From Candidatus Sulfobium sp. (GTDB taxonomy: Bacteria; Nitrospirota; Thermodesulfovibrionia; Thermodesulfovibrionales; UBA6898), in the NCBI GenBank assembly GCA_037380845.1, contig JARRRI010000029.1, forward strand, positions 6,689 through 49,017: a DNA stretch of 42,329 nucleotides, written 5' to 3'. The notes under the pieces were generated by a model. It was not told where the DNA came from. It saw only the letters and a program-made list of their open reading frames with translations, and searched no databases. The first letter of the stretch is position 1. Every line of letters starts with the position of its first letter. Below are positions 1-9,112 of this stretch, piece by piece. The position numbers were made by a program, and so were the translations under genes.

Positions 1-16
1 ATTCCCTTGATGTAAG

Positions 17-36
17 CATTCCCGGGGCAGTATTCG
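17..36. repeat. 20 bp inverted repeat, arm 1 (partner at 2565-2584)
   Basis: CATTCCCGGGGCAGTATTCG vs reverse complement of 2565-2584 CATTCCCGGGGCAGTAATCG (19/20). Confidence 0.7.
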
Positions 37-88
37 GGCCCCTCTTCCGGTTTGTCATATTTCACATCCGGCTGCTTCAAAACGTTCT

Positions 89-1381
89 TTATGATGAGAG
101 CACGCGCATGATCTTGTTCCTTATCCAGTTGCCGTCCCACCAGTCAAGGGGATTGACCGCTATCCCGTGGACATATATGCCGAAGTGGAGATGATCTCCC
201 AAGGCGAGTCCCGTGTTTCCAGTCCTGCCGATAGTCTCCCCCTTCGACACGTGCTGTCCCGCCTTTACGGACGTCTGAGACATATGTCCGTACAGGCTCA
301 TCAGTCCCAGTCCGTGGTCGATGATAACGACGTTGCCGTAAATCAGACGCTGGCCTACATACACCACTATTCCGGCATTGGCCGCCGTCACCGCCGCGTG
401 CCTCACAGAAGCCAGGTCGTATCCCAGATGGCGGCTTGCACTTATTTTTTCCCCTTGATAGTAGTAGTCCCTTTTATCTCCGAACTTCGCAAAAACCCGG
501 CTTCCCCGCAGTTGCAGAAACCTGCCGTTCCACAAGGGACTGCCTTCGGAGCGCTGCCCGGCTTCTTCAATGGCCTTGTTGTCCTCACGCCTCCACTCCT
601 CGTTAACCTTCCTGAAAGCCGCCTTTTCCGACAATCCATTGCCCTCCCTGCCCAGCAACGAAATTATATGGTTGTCTATAAATTCCTCGGAAATGTCGAC
701 ATTCGACTTCCTGAACTTCCTCGTCAAAATGGTGGTATCAAGCCTCTCCGTTCTGTAATTGTCATTGCCGTCGTCGGCAACCACCGAAAGGGGAGTACCA
801 GGCGAGGCCGAAAGAGGCACAGGGAAGAGTGTACAGTAAACGTTTTTCTTGCCGTTAAAGGATTTCGCCATCGGAAATTCATCGTCTCCCACCTTGACAT
901 AGACCTTCTGCGCCCCGAGTACACTGGCTTTCACGGCCCCCGTTGAACCCTGTTTTACAAAAGGCGTGCTGACGACCCGCTTTATCACGGGAGGCACGGT
1001 GTCCACGGTGGAATCGACGCTGAGCTCAGTTTTGGAAAACAGACCGCTTTCAGCTTTTATGACGACAGTGGCCGGTCCGTCCGTCACGGCAAAACTGCGC
1101 GGTTCAAGAATAAAGTCAAAGGTCTTTTCTTTTCCCACATTCTTCTCATCTATCACTGCGGCACGTCTCAGCCCCTGTACGATGATCACACTCACGCTCC
1201 CCACGGGCCGGTCGTTTCTCACAGTAAACACGATATGCTTTTTTCGGGGAAGCTTTTTGAAGACCTCATATCCGCTGATAACAGGGTCCGGCGCGGCGAT
1301 ATAATGGTAGGCAAAAAAGAGCGCCGCAAGAACGACTACGGCCGTAACAAATATCGTCTTTCCCCTGCTCTTTTTCTTCAT
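89..1381 (-). CDS. M23 family metallopeptidase with N-terminal membrane anchor
   Basis: 430-aa ORF; HLGYD (HxxxD) and HLH zinc motifs, YGNVVIIDHG...YGHM; hydrophobic N-terminus. Confidence 0.9.
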   Translation of the reverse strand: MKKKSRGKTIFVTAVVVLAALFFAYHYIAAPDPVISGYEVFKKLPRKKHIVFTVRNDRPVGSVSVIIVQGLRRAAVIDEKNVGKEKTFDFILEPRSFAVTDGPATVVIKAESGLFSKTELSVDSTVDTVPPVIKRVVSTPFVKQGSTGAVKASVLGAQKVYVKVGDDEFPMAKSFNGKKNVYCTLFPVPLSASPGTPLSVVADDGNDNYRTERLDTTILTRKFRKSNVDISEEFIDNHIISLLGREGNGLSEKAAFRKVNEEWRREDNKAIEEAGQRSEGSPLWNGRFLQLRGSRVFAKFGDKRDYYYQGEKISASRHLGYDLASVRHAAVTAANAGIVVYVGQRLIYGNVVIIDHGLGLMSLYGHMSQTSVKAGQHVSKGETIGRTGNTGLALGDHLHFGIYVHGIAVNPLDWWDGNWIRNKIMRVLSS

Positions 1382-1403
1382 TCTTTATCGAGGTATTATC
1401 TTC

Positions 1404-1617
1404 GGCGCCCCATCCAATGAGAAGACCGGGTCATTCCGGTCCCAACGGGCCTTTGTTGACTAAGTTCAGGACTTCCATGTCCTGCTCTTTTGACAGCCTT
1501 ATAAGCGAAAAGGACAACCAACCGGCTGAAACAACGTGTCCGTTATTCTAACATGACCAGATTCTTATGTGAACCCCGGAGGCCGTCTCACTGAAGCAGC
1601 ATATATTGGAAGGCGTT
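1404..1617 (+). ncRNA. Candidate structured RNA of unknown family
   Basis: Nested complementary blocks GGCGCC/GGCGTT, TCCAAT/ATTGGA, TGAGA/TCTCA, GGTCAT/ATGACC, AACGGGC/GTCCGTT, TTCAG/CTGAA, TGTCCT/AGGACA; G-U pairs favour the + strand. Confidence 0.4.
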
Positions 1618-1688
1618 GGTCGGATGGGAACAGGAGAGAGGAATAAACGATTGTTTGCTATAATAATCCGTCGTACGGTAATAATGAA

Positions 1689-2540
1689 ATGCAGAAATAC
1701 AGGTTTATCATTATACTTTCCTCCTTGCTGCTCATTCTGGGCGCAACCCTGCCTCCGGCTTATGCCATGCATGCAGAGGTGCTGCCGTCCCGGATCAGTC
1801 CGGGCGACGCCTTTGTCGTCAAGGTGGAGGGTCCGGCTTTGTCTGCCTCTCCGGAAGCCGCGCTGGCCGGTACCCCCCTCCACTTCACAAGATGCGGCGA
1901 CGACTGTTTTGAGGCGATAAGCGCCTTCGGGCTGGATACGCGTCCAGGCAGCTACCCGATAACGGTGAAGGTCGGAGGGGCGGTAACGGAAATTCACATC
2001 GCCGTGATGCGCACTGACTTCCCCACTATCAGTCTCACCCTGCCGGAAAAGGAAGTCATACTCAGTCAGCGCGACCTCGACAGGGCGAAGAGGGAACAAA
2101 CTCTGCTGGAATCCATCTGGCAAAAGGAAACGCCGAGGCTTTGGAAGGGTGACTTCATTTTGCCGCTGCCGACCGAAATTTCAACCCGGTTCGGCTGCAG
2201 AAGGGTCCTTAACAAAAAAAGAGTCAGCGTGCATAAGGGCATCGACATGAGAGGTCGCCGGGGTGAGCCCGTAAAGGCCTGCAACAGCGGAAAAGTCGTC
2301 CTTGCGGAGAACCTGTTTTTTGGCGGGAATACCGTTATCCTCGATCACGGGACGGGCATATACAGCATATATATGCACCTGTCAAAATTCGATGTGCAAC
2401 CTGGAGACATGGTTTCGAAGGGTCAAACCGTCGGGCTGGTCGGTTCTACCGGCAGGGCGACCGGCCCGCATCTCCACTTCAGCATGAAGGTCCTCGACGT
2501 CAGCACCAATCCGATTTCCCTGACTCGCCTGCCGCTTTGA
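1689..2540 (+). CDS. Secreted M23 family metallopeptidase
   Basis: 283-aa ORF; signal peptide, HKGID, GNTVILDHG, TGPHLH motifs; TGcTATAAT upstream. Confidence 0.9.
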   Translation: MQKYRFIIILSSLLLILGATLPPAYAMHAEVLPSRISPGDAFVVKVEGPALSASPEAALAGTPLHFTRCGDDCFEAISAFGLDTRPGSYPITVKVGGAVTEIHIAVMRTDFPTISLTLPEKEVILSQRDLDRAKREQTLLESIWQKETPRLWKGDFILPLPTEISTRFGCRRVLNKKRVSVHKGIDMRGRRGEPVKACNSGKVVLAENLFFGGNTVILDHGTGIYSIYMHLSKFDVQPGDMVSKGQTVGLVGSTGRATGPHLHFSMKVLDVSTNPISLTRLPL

Positions 2541-2564
2541 GAAGAAGCGGTATTTCCGTATTTT

Positions 2565-2584
2565 CGATTACTGCCCCGGGAATG
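2565..2584. repeat. 20 bp inverted repeat, arm 2 (partner at 17-36)
   Basis: CGATTACTGCCCCGGGAATG is the reverse complement of 17-36 with one mismatch. Confidence 0.7.
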
Positions 2585-2649
2585 ACGACAAACGGATTCC
2601 CCCGGAGAGGTATCGAATACTTTTGGATAACGTCTTGCGTCTGATGGCC

Positions 2650-2841
2650 TAACCCACTTTATTCACACATTTTCCTGCATGGCGAAAGGACAAAGTGTTT
2701 GAGGGTTTTACTTGCCCGGTATTCAGACATTGTGTATCCCGAAATACAGAGGGCAAGTTCCTCGGAGGTCGTAACGACCGAGAATGAGCGAAAATACTGT
2801 GTCCTTTCGCGTCTGCCACATTTCATGAATAATCCGGGCTA
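2650..2841 (-). mobile_element. MITE-like non-autonomous element, copy 1 (~190 bp)
   Basis: Reverse complement aligns with 24853-25038 at roughly 90% by eye; imperfect terminal IRs (TAACCCACTTTATTCA / TAGCCCGGATTATTCA); internal IRs GCGAAAGGACA/TGTCCTTTCGC and CTTGCCC/GGGCAAG. Confidence 0.85.
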
Positions 2842-3774
2842 TGCGCCGACGTTTATCTCCTCAACGGTCTTATCGAGGCTTGCCGTGTCCTGCACGTTGA
2901 GGAGCTTCACCGACGGGTCTATTCGTTTAATGAGTCCTGTCAGCACCTTGCCGGGCCCGACCTCGATAAATGTGTCGACGCCGGCGCCTATCATGTTCCT
3001 GATCGAATCTTCCCACAACAAAGGCGCGTTGAGCTGATTGACGAGCGACACCTTGATCCTCTCGGCGCTTGTAAGGAACATCGCATCTGCATTGTTCACA
3101 ACCGGCACTTCCGCGTCCCTGAATTCCACCGTCTCCAGGAGGGCCGCGAGCCGGTGGGAGGCCTCCACCATGAGGGAGCAATGTGACGGGGCGCTGACGG
3201 CAAGCGGAAGGGCCCGTTTGGCTCCACCGTCCCTTGCGAGCTTCATAGCTTCCTCGACCGCCCTTCTCTCCCCCGCGATAACGACCTGGCCGGGACAATT
3301 GTAATTTGCGGGGGAAACATACCCCGATTCCACGGAAAGACATATCTCGTCGATCCTGCTTCGACCGAGACCGATGATCGCCGCCATGAGCCCATGGCCT
3401 TCAGGCACGGCTTCCTGCAAGAAAACACCTCTCTTTTCCGTAAGGACCAGGGCATCCCTGAAGGAGACGACCCCGGCGGATACGAGTGCCGAATATTCAC
3501 CCAGGCTATGGCCTGCAACAACGTCAGGCCTGATGCCCTTTGCCGTGATGACCGTGAATGCCGCGATGCCGGCGGCGAGCAGGCAGGGTTGTGTCCGGAA
3601 AGTCTTATTGAGTTCCTCCTGGGGACCATTGAAGCTCAGTCCCTTGAGGTCATAACCGAGAGTATTCTCCGCCTCTTCATAGAGAGATCTGACGTCCGCA
3701 GCGTTTTCCCAGAGATCCTTTCCCATGCCCACATACTGCGAGCCCTGCCCCGGGAATACAAAGGCGAACTTCAT
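2839..3774 (-). CDS. fabD: Malonyl CoA-ACP transacylase
   Basis: FPGQGSQ, TQP, GHSLGEY, NYNCPGQ, EVGPG motifs. Confidence 0.96.
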   Translation of the reverse strand: MKFAFVFPGQGSQYVGMGKDLWENAADVRSLYEEAENTLGYDLKGLSFNGPQEELNKTFRTQPCLLAAGIAAFTVITAKGIRPDVVAGHSLGEYSALVSAGVVSFRDALVLTEKRGVFLQEAVPEGHGLMAAIIGLGRSRIDEICLSVESGYVSPANYNCPGQVVIAGERRAVEEAMKLARDGGAKRALPLAVSAPSHCSLMVEASHRLAALLETVEFRDAEVPVVNNADAMFLTSAERIKVSLVNQLNAPLLWEDSIRNMIGAGVDTFIEVGPGKVLTGLIKRIDPSVKLLNVQDTASLDKTVEEINVGA

Positions 3775-4961
3775 TTCCCCTTCGTCTCCCTTATCCTTTT
3801 AATCAGCAGAGGCAATACCTCGAACAGGTCCGCCACTATGCCGTAGGTGGCGACGCTGAAGATAGGGGCCTCAGGGTTCCTGTTTATCGCGACGATTATG
3901 TCCGAAGACTGCATGCCCACCAGATGCTGCACTGCTCCCGATATCCCGCAGGCTATATAAAGTTTGGGGCTCACTGTCTTGCCGGTCTGGCCCACCTGAT
4001 GCCTGTAGGGAATCCACCCTTCGTCGACGGCCGCGCGTGACGCCCCCACGCATGCCCCCTCCAGTGCCCCGGCGAGTTCGAAAAGCATATTGAACCCTTT
4101 TTCCCCGCCTACTCCCCTTCCCCCGGCAATAATAATATTGGCCTCCTGAAGGTTAATGGCGACCTCTGAAACCTCTTTGACAGTCTCTATTACTCTTGCC
4201 CTTATCCGTATACCCTCGGCGGTCACCTTCACTATTTCGCCGGTCTTCGCCGCATCATACTCACCGCGCTTCATGACCCGGGGCCGGACGGTCGCCATCT
4301 GGGGCCTGGTGTTAGGACAGACGATGGTGGCCATGATATTGCCGCCGAAGGCGGGCCGGACCTGTAGAAGGTTTTTTGATTCGATATCGATGGCAAGCGA
4401 AGTGCAGTCGGCCGTCAGCCCCGTCCTCAGCCGCGCAGCCACCCGCGGGAGAAAGGACCTCCCGATGGGCGTGGCCCCGGCCAGGACAATCTCCGGCCCG
4501 TACTGGTCCACCATGTTCGAAAGGAGACCTGCATAGACCTCGTCGGTAAAGCCTCTGACAATTTCGTCTTCGCAGTGATATACCCTGTTCGCACCCCACC
4601 TGAGGAGTTCTGCCGCATCCGAAGAAGAGGCCCCGAAAAGAACGGCGGAAAGGTCTGTTCCGAGCATGTCCGCCAGTCTCCTTCCCGCTCCGAGGAGCTC
4701 GAAGGTAACCCCGGCTACGATACCGTCCCTCTGCTCTGCAAACACCCATACCCCGCGGCCTTCTTCCTTCTCCTTCGAGTCTGAGGCTTCTTTGATCTCA
4801 GATATTGCGCCCTCCGGGCATACGCTCAGGCAAGACCTGCACATCTGGCACATCTCCGTGATCTCGGCCTTACCCTCCCTGATGACTATTGCGTCATAGG
4901 GGCATGAAGCCAGGCATGTCTCGCAGCCCGAACACCTCTCCGCATTTACTCTTATAAACAT
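3771..4961 (-). CDS. etfA: Electron transfer flavoprotein alpha subunit with N-terminal 2x[4Fe-4S] ferredoxin domain
   Basis: CSGCETCLASCP and CQMCRSCLSVCP, then GLTADCT, RPAFGGN, QVGQTGK, GISGAVQH. Confidence 0.93.
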   Translation of the reverse strand: MFIRVNAERCSGCETCLASCPYDAIVIREGKAEITEMCQMCRSCLSVCPEGAISEIKEASDSKEKEEGRGVWVFAEQRDGIVAGVTFELLGAGRRLADMLGTDLSAVLFGASSSDAAELLRWGANRVYHCEDEIVRGFTDEVYAGLLSNMVDQYGPEIVLAGATPIGRSFLPRVAARLRTGLTADCTSLAIDIESKNLLQVRPAFGGNIMATIVCPNTRPQMATVRPRVMKRGEYDAAKTGEIVKVTAEGIRIRARVIETVKEVSEVAINLQEANIIIAGGRGVGGEKGFNMLFELAGALEGACVGASRAAVDEGWIPYRHQVGQTGKTVSPKLYIACGISGAVQHLVGMQSSDIIVAINRNPEAPIFSVATYGIVADLFEVLPLLIKRIRETKGK

Positions 4962-5734
4962 TTCGACTCCATCAGCGCATGCACCAGGGCCTCGACTTTT
5001 TCCTCATTCGAGCCTTCTATAATCTTCCGGTCTTTCTTTGCCTCCGGAGCAAATATATTTCTGACCTGGGTAGGCGAACCCTTCAGACCCACGCTGTCTT
5101 CCTCGGCTCCTATGTCAGACAGGGTCAGTTTCCTTATCACGGCCTTTTTCGCCACCATCTTCCCTTTGAGTGACGGCATCCTGGGCGTATTCAGCTCCCG
5201 CACCACCGTCAGGAGAACCGGCAGCGACGATTCGACGACGTCGAATCCGTCGTCCATCAGCCTCTGAACGACAATCCCTTTTTCGCCGACGTCCTGTATT
5301 TTTCTGACGTAGGCCACATGTGGGACGCCGAGAAATTCCGCCATCTCAGGCCCCACTTGTGCCGTATCGCCGTCTATGGCCTGTTTTCCGCAAAGAACGA
5401 TGTCAGCGCCCAGATGTTCCACCGCCCTTGCGAGGGTATAGGCGGTCGCCCACGTGTCGGAACCGGCAAAGGCCCTGTCGGTAAGCAGCACCCCTTCGTC
5501 GACACCCATGGAAATCGCTTCTCTCAACGAGGTCTCAGCTTGAGGGGGACCCATGGTAACAGCTGTCAACCTGCCACCGGTTATTTCTTTTAACTGCAGA
5601 CCGGCCTCTATGGCATGCAGATCGTAAGGGTTTATTATGCTCGGCACTCCGTCCCGTATGAGAGTGTTGGTCTCAGGATTGATCCTCACCTCGGCGGTGT
5701 CGGGCACCTGCTTTACACAAACAACTATTTTCAA
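4952..5734 (-). CDS. etfB: Electron transfer flavoprotein beta subunit
   Basis: VCVKQVPD, DRAFAGSDT, GKQAIDGDTAQVG; start moved to the TTG at 5734 behind a GGAGG SD. Confidence 0.93.
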   Translation of the reverse strand: MKIVVCVKQVPDTAEVRINPETNTLIRDGVPSIINPYDLHAIEAGLQLKEITGGRLTAVTMGPPQAETSLREAISMGVDEGVLLTDRAFAGSDTWATAYTLARAVEHLGADIVLCGKQAIDGDTAQVGPEMAEFLGVPHVAYVRKIQDVGEKGIVVQRLMDDGFDVVESSLPVLLTVVRELNTPRMPSLKGKMVAKKAVIRKLTLSDIGAEEDSVGLKGSPTQVRNIFAPEAKKDRKIIEGSNEEKVEALVHALMESKCL

Positions 5735-5878
5735 ATCCCTCGTCCTCCGTTTCGGTATTATACGACCCAGGTTGTCATTACGGCCAGTCCCGGCGAGACT
5801 CCAGGGGAAGACCAGCTCCGAAATTCCCGGCATGCCTGCCGGGCGCGCCCGGCCTGCGGGAACGACACATGATGGACG

Positions 5879-7036
5879 CTATTTCTTCCTCGCTGCTTCC
5901 TTGATCAACGCCTGTCCGATGACATTTCTTTGTATCTGGTTGGTACCCTCGTATATCTGCAATATCTTGGCGTCCCTCATCATCTTCTCGACGGGATATT
6001 CCTTCATGTATCCGGACCCTCCCATGACCTGCACCGCATCAGTCGTCACTCGCATGCCAACGTCCGTGGCAAAGACTTTAGACATCGCCGACTCCTTGGA
6101 AACGTCTTTAGCGCCGCTGTCGATAAGCCTCGCCACCGAATATACCAGCGCCCTCGCCGCCTCTATGGAAGTCGCCATATCGGCCAGCATATGCTGTATC
6201 GCCTGAAATGTGATGACCGGATGTCCGAACTGTATCCTCTGGCGCGCGAACTTTACCGCCTCTTCGAACGCCCCCTGGGCGACACCTACCCCCTGAGACC
6301 CAACGCCGGGTCTTGAATTGTCCAGTGTCTTCATGGCCACCAGAAAACCCATCCCCTCTTTTCCTATGATATTTTCCTTCGGGACCCTGCAGTTGTCGAA
6401 GATCAGTTCGGTCGTGGAAGAGGCCCGGATGCCCATCTTGTTTTCCTTTTTACCGAACGTAAAGCCGGGTGTCCCCTTTTCCACGACAAAAGCGGAGGCT
6501 CCCCGCGGCCCTTTGGAACGGTCTGTAATGGCGATGATGGTGTATATTTCGGCTTCGCCGCCGTTAGTAATCCATTGCTTGGTACCGTTTATCACATATT
6601 TATTTCCCTCAAGTTTTGCGGTAGTCTGAGTGCCCCCTGCATCGCTCCCCGCGTTCGCCTCGGTCAGTCCGAATGCAACCAGTCTCCTGCCGGCGGCGAT
6701 ATCCGGAAGATACTTGCTTTTCTGTTCCTCTGTCCCGAAGAGCAGCAAGGGGTAAGTGCCAAGTGCATTTGCCGCATAACTTGTCGATACACCCAGACAC
6801 GCCCGCGACAGTTCCTCGACTGCAACGCAGAGTTCAAGACAACCCTTCCCGAGCCCGCCGTATTCCTCCGGTATGAAAAGGCCGAACATGTCCGACTGGG
6901 CCAGCGTCTTCATGATGTCCCACGGGAACTCCCCCTTCTCATCCAGTTCGGCGCGGACGGGAACAATCTTCTCCTCCGCAATCTGCCTCGCGAGATCTCT
7001 TATCATGACCTGCTCTTCGTTCAGAAAATAATCCAT
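5879..7036 (-). CDS. Acyl-CoA dehydrogenase (butyryl-CoA dehydrogenase-like)
   Basis: FGLTEANAGSD, KQWITNG, KMGIRAS, IYEGTNQIQR; SD GGAGG at 7044-7048; start could be 7036, 7039 or 7042. Confidence 0.93.
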   Translation of the reverse strand: MDYFLNEEQVMIRDLARQIAEEKIVPVRAELDEKGEFPWDIMKTLAQSDMFGLFIPEEYGGLGKGCLELCVAVEELSRACLGVSTSYAANALGTYPLLLFGTEEQKSKYLPDIAAGRRLVAFGLTEANAGSDAGGTQTTAKLEGNKYVINGTKQWITNGGEAEIYTIIAITDRSKGPRGASAFVVEKGTPGFTFGKKENKMGIRASSTTELIFDNCRVPKENIIGKEGMGFLVAMKTLDNSRPGVGSQGVGVAQGAFEEAVKFARQRIQFGHPVITFQAIQHMLADMATSIEAARALVYSVARLIDSGAKDVSKESAMSKVFATDVGMRVTTDAVQVMGGSGYMKEYPVEKMMRDAKILQIYEGTNQIQRNVIGQALIKEAARKK

Positions 7037-7147
7037 CATCAAACCTCCAGATTTTCAACGCACAATCCCGACCGCCGTCCCGGCATGGATGCTAATTCTA
7101 ACAGAATCATCCCCTGTTTGGAAAGCACTGCGGCGGGATACCCTGCC

Positions 7148-7987
7148 TCATTTCGCTCCCTCGCTTTTTGCCGTAACCCCTTTCATCCCGGATTTCCTCC
7201 CCGTCCTCTTCTCCTTCCTGAGGCTGTTGTAAAGATCAAAGGCCTGCCTGGGCGTCGCCCTTTCATGGACGACCGCCCTGACCGCCTGGATCATGGCCAC
7301 CGGAGAATCCGACTGGAAGATATTCCTTCCCATGTCAACGCCCGCAGCGCCGCGTTTTATAGCGTTGTAAGTAAGCTCAAGGGCATCGTATTCGGGCAGT
7401 TTTTTTCCACCGGCCATCACGAGCGGCACGGGGCAGGTCTTAACTACCTTTTCGAACCCGTCGCAATAATATGTCTTTACGAAGTGGGCTCCGAGTTCGG
7501 CAGCTATGCGGCAGCACAGGGCAAGATATCTGGCGTCCCGGGCCATCTCCTTGCCCACGGCGGTCACGGCGAGAACGGGTATCCCGTAACGGTGGCCTTC
7601 GTCAACAAGCTTGGTCAGGTTGAGGATAGTCTTATGTTCATTGGGCGAACCCACGTAAATAGAAAGCGCGACGGCAGCGACATTCAGCCGCATAGCGTCT
7701 TCCATGGCAACCGTTAAGCCTTCGTTCGATAGTTCGCTCAGGATACTGTTGCCCCCGGACACCCTGAGAACAATCGGCGTCTCCGTAACCGGGTCCACGG
7801 AGGTGCGGAGAATCCCCCTCGTGGGCATCAGCGCATCCGCATAGGAAAGAATAGGTCTTATCGTTTTTCCGGCGTCCTCAAGTCCTGTAGTCGGTCCGAG
7901 AAAATATCCGTGGTCCACTGCAAGCATGACGGTCTTGCCGTCGGGTTTAATTATCCGCGAAAGACGGTTTTTCAGTCCCCAATCCAT
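7148..7987 (-). CDS. lsrF: LsrF-like thiolase / class I DhnA-type aldolase
   Basis: [50 protein letters not shown]. Confidence 0.85.
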   Translation of the reverse strand: MDWGLKNRLSRIIKPDGKTVMLAVDHGYFLGPTTGLEDAGKTIRPILSYADALMPTRGILRTSVDPVTETPIVLRVSGGNSILSELSNEGLTVAMEDAMRLNVAAVALSIYVGSPNEHKTILNLTKLVDEGHRYGIPVLAVTAVGKEMARDARYLALCCRIAAELGAHFVKTYYCDGFEKVVKTCPVPLVMAGGKKLPEYDALELTYNAIKRGAAGVDMGRNIFQSDSPVAMIQAVRAVVHERATPRQAFDLYNSLRKEKRTGRKSGMKGVTAKSEGAK

Positions 7988-8017
7988 GATGATCTACCTC
8001 CTTAAAATATTTTTTCT

Positions 8018-9040
8018 TCAGGGCTCAATGACGACCTTCAGGGATTCCCCCGCTCTTTCGACAAGTTCAAAGCCCCTTGCTGTTTCAGAGAGCGGCAGCC
8101 TGTGGGTGATCATATCACGGACGTTCACCTTGCGCTGCCGGATCAATTCAAGGGCCGTCGTATGTTCCCGGTAGTTTGCCGCGTAGGAAGAAGTAAGGGT
8201 GATCTCATTCCGCCAGAACAGCTCATCGAAAGGAAGAGGAACTGCGGCCCCACTGCCCGAAGGTGCAAAGAACAGGATCGTGCCTCCCCTGTCAACCGAT
8301 CGGAAAGCCTGCACTACTGCTTTTTCAGCTCCGGTCGTCAGTATAACAATATCCGCAGGTCTCCCCTTGTTCAGGTCTCTGAAAACCGGTGCAACGTCAT
8401 CAGCTGCATAAACGACCTCATGCGCCCCCAGCCTCCGGGCCGCTTCAAGCCTGCCGCGGTTCAGATCGGCTGCGACCACCAGAGACGCGCCCAGCACTAC
8501 GGCGAGCTGGATGTGCAGCAGTCCCGCTATCCCGCTGCCCAATACAAGCACACTTACTCCCGTCCTCATGCCGGCAATCCTCTGTCCCCGGTAAACACAG
8601 GCAAGCGGCTCTACGAAGGTCGCCTCTTCAAAGGAGAGTTCCTCCGGCAGAAGATAAACACCCCTGTCGACGTTTATCGAGGGCAGCCTGACATACTCTG
8701 CAAAGCCGCCGGGATAAAAATTGGTGCGTCTGAGAGTATCGCAAACGGTGTGGTGATCGTTCAGGCAGTAGTGGCACGTGTTACACGGTACATGGTGCGA
8801 AGCCGTCACCCTGTCCCCGACCTTGTACCTGTCCACCCCATCTCCCACCGCCGTCACTTCCCCCGCTATTTCATGCCCCAATACGGCCGCCCCCCTGCCG
8901 GCCCTGTACCAGTGCATCACGTCGCTCCCGCAGATTCCGCTCGCCTTAATACGGATAGTGAGTTCTCCCGGCCCCGGTTCCGGAACAGGCATCTCCTCTA
9001 TACGAATATCACCTTTTCCGTAATACCTAGCTACACGCAT
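8018..9040 (-). CDS. Zinc-dependent alcohol dehydrogenase (MDR family)
   Basis: GICGSD, GHE, CxxCxxC-x7-C structural Zn site, GSGIAG; ATG at 9040 behind GGAG. Confidence 0.9.
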   Translation of the reverse strand: MRVARYYGKGDIRIEEMPVPEPGPGELTIRIKASGICGSDVMHWYRAGRGAAVLGHEIAGEVTAVGDGVDRYKVGDRVTASHHVPCNTCHYCLNDHHTVCDTLRRTNFYPGGFAEYVRLPSINVDRGVYLLPEELSFEEATFVEPLACVYRGQRIAGMRTGVSVLVLGSGIAGLLHIQLAVVLGASLVVAADLNRGRLEAARRLGAHEVVYAADDVAPVFRDLNKGRPADIVILTTGAEKAVVQAFRSVDRGGTILFFAPSGSGAAVPLPFDELFWRNEITLTSSYAANYREHTTALELIRQRKVNVRDMITHRLPLSETARGFELVERAGESLKVVIEP

Positions 9041-9112
9041 TGTACTCTCCACATTATTCCTCAGAAAGCGCGGAAGGGGCACCCCTTCTCTGCTGTTTAG
9101 CGACATCAGGGC

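Noticed and set aside
1404..1617. Assignment as 6S RNA or HEARO/omega RNA
   Set aside because: Only fragmentary similarity (AGCCTTATAA, GTTGACTA); no zapA/ygfA context and no IscB/TnpB gene.
2699..3037. 112-aa + strand ORF
   Set aside because: Starts inside the MITE and runs antisense to fabD.
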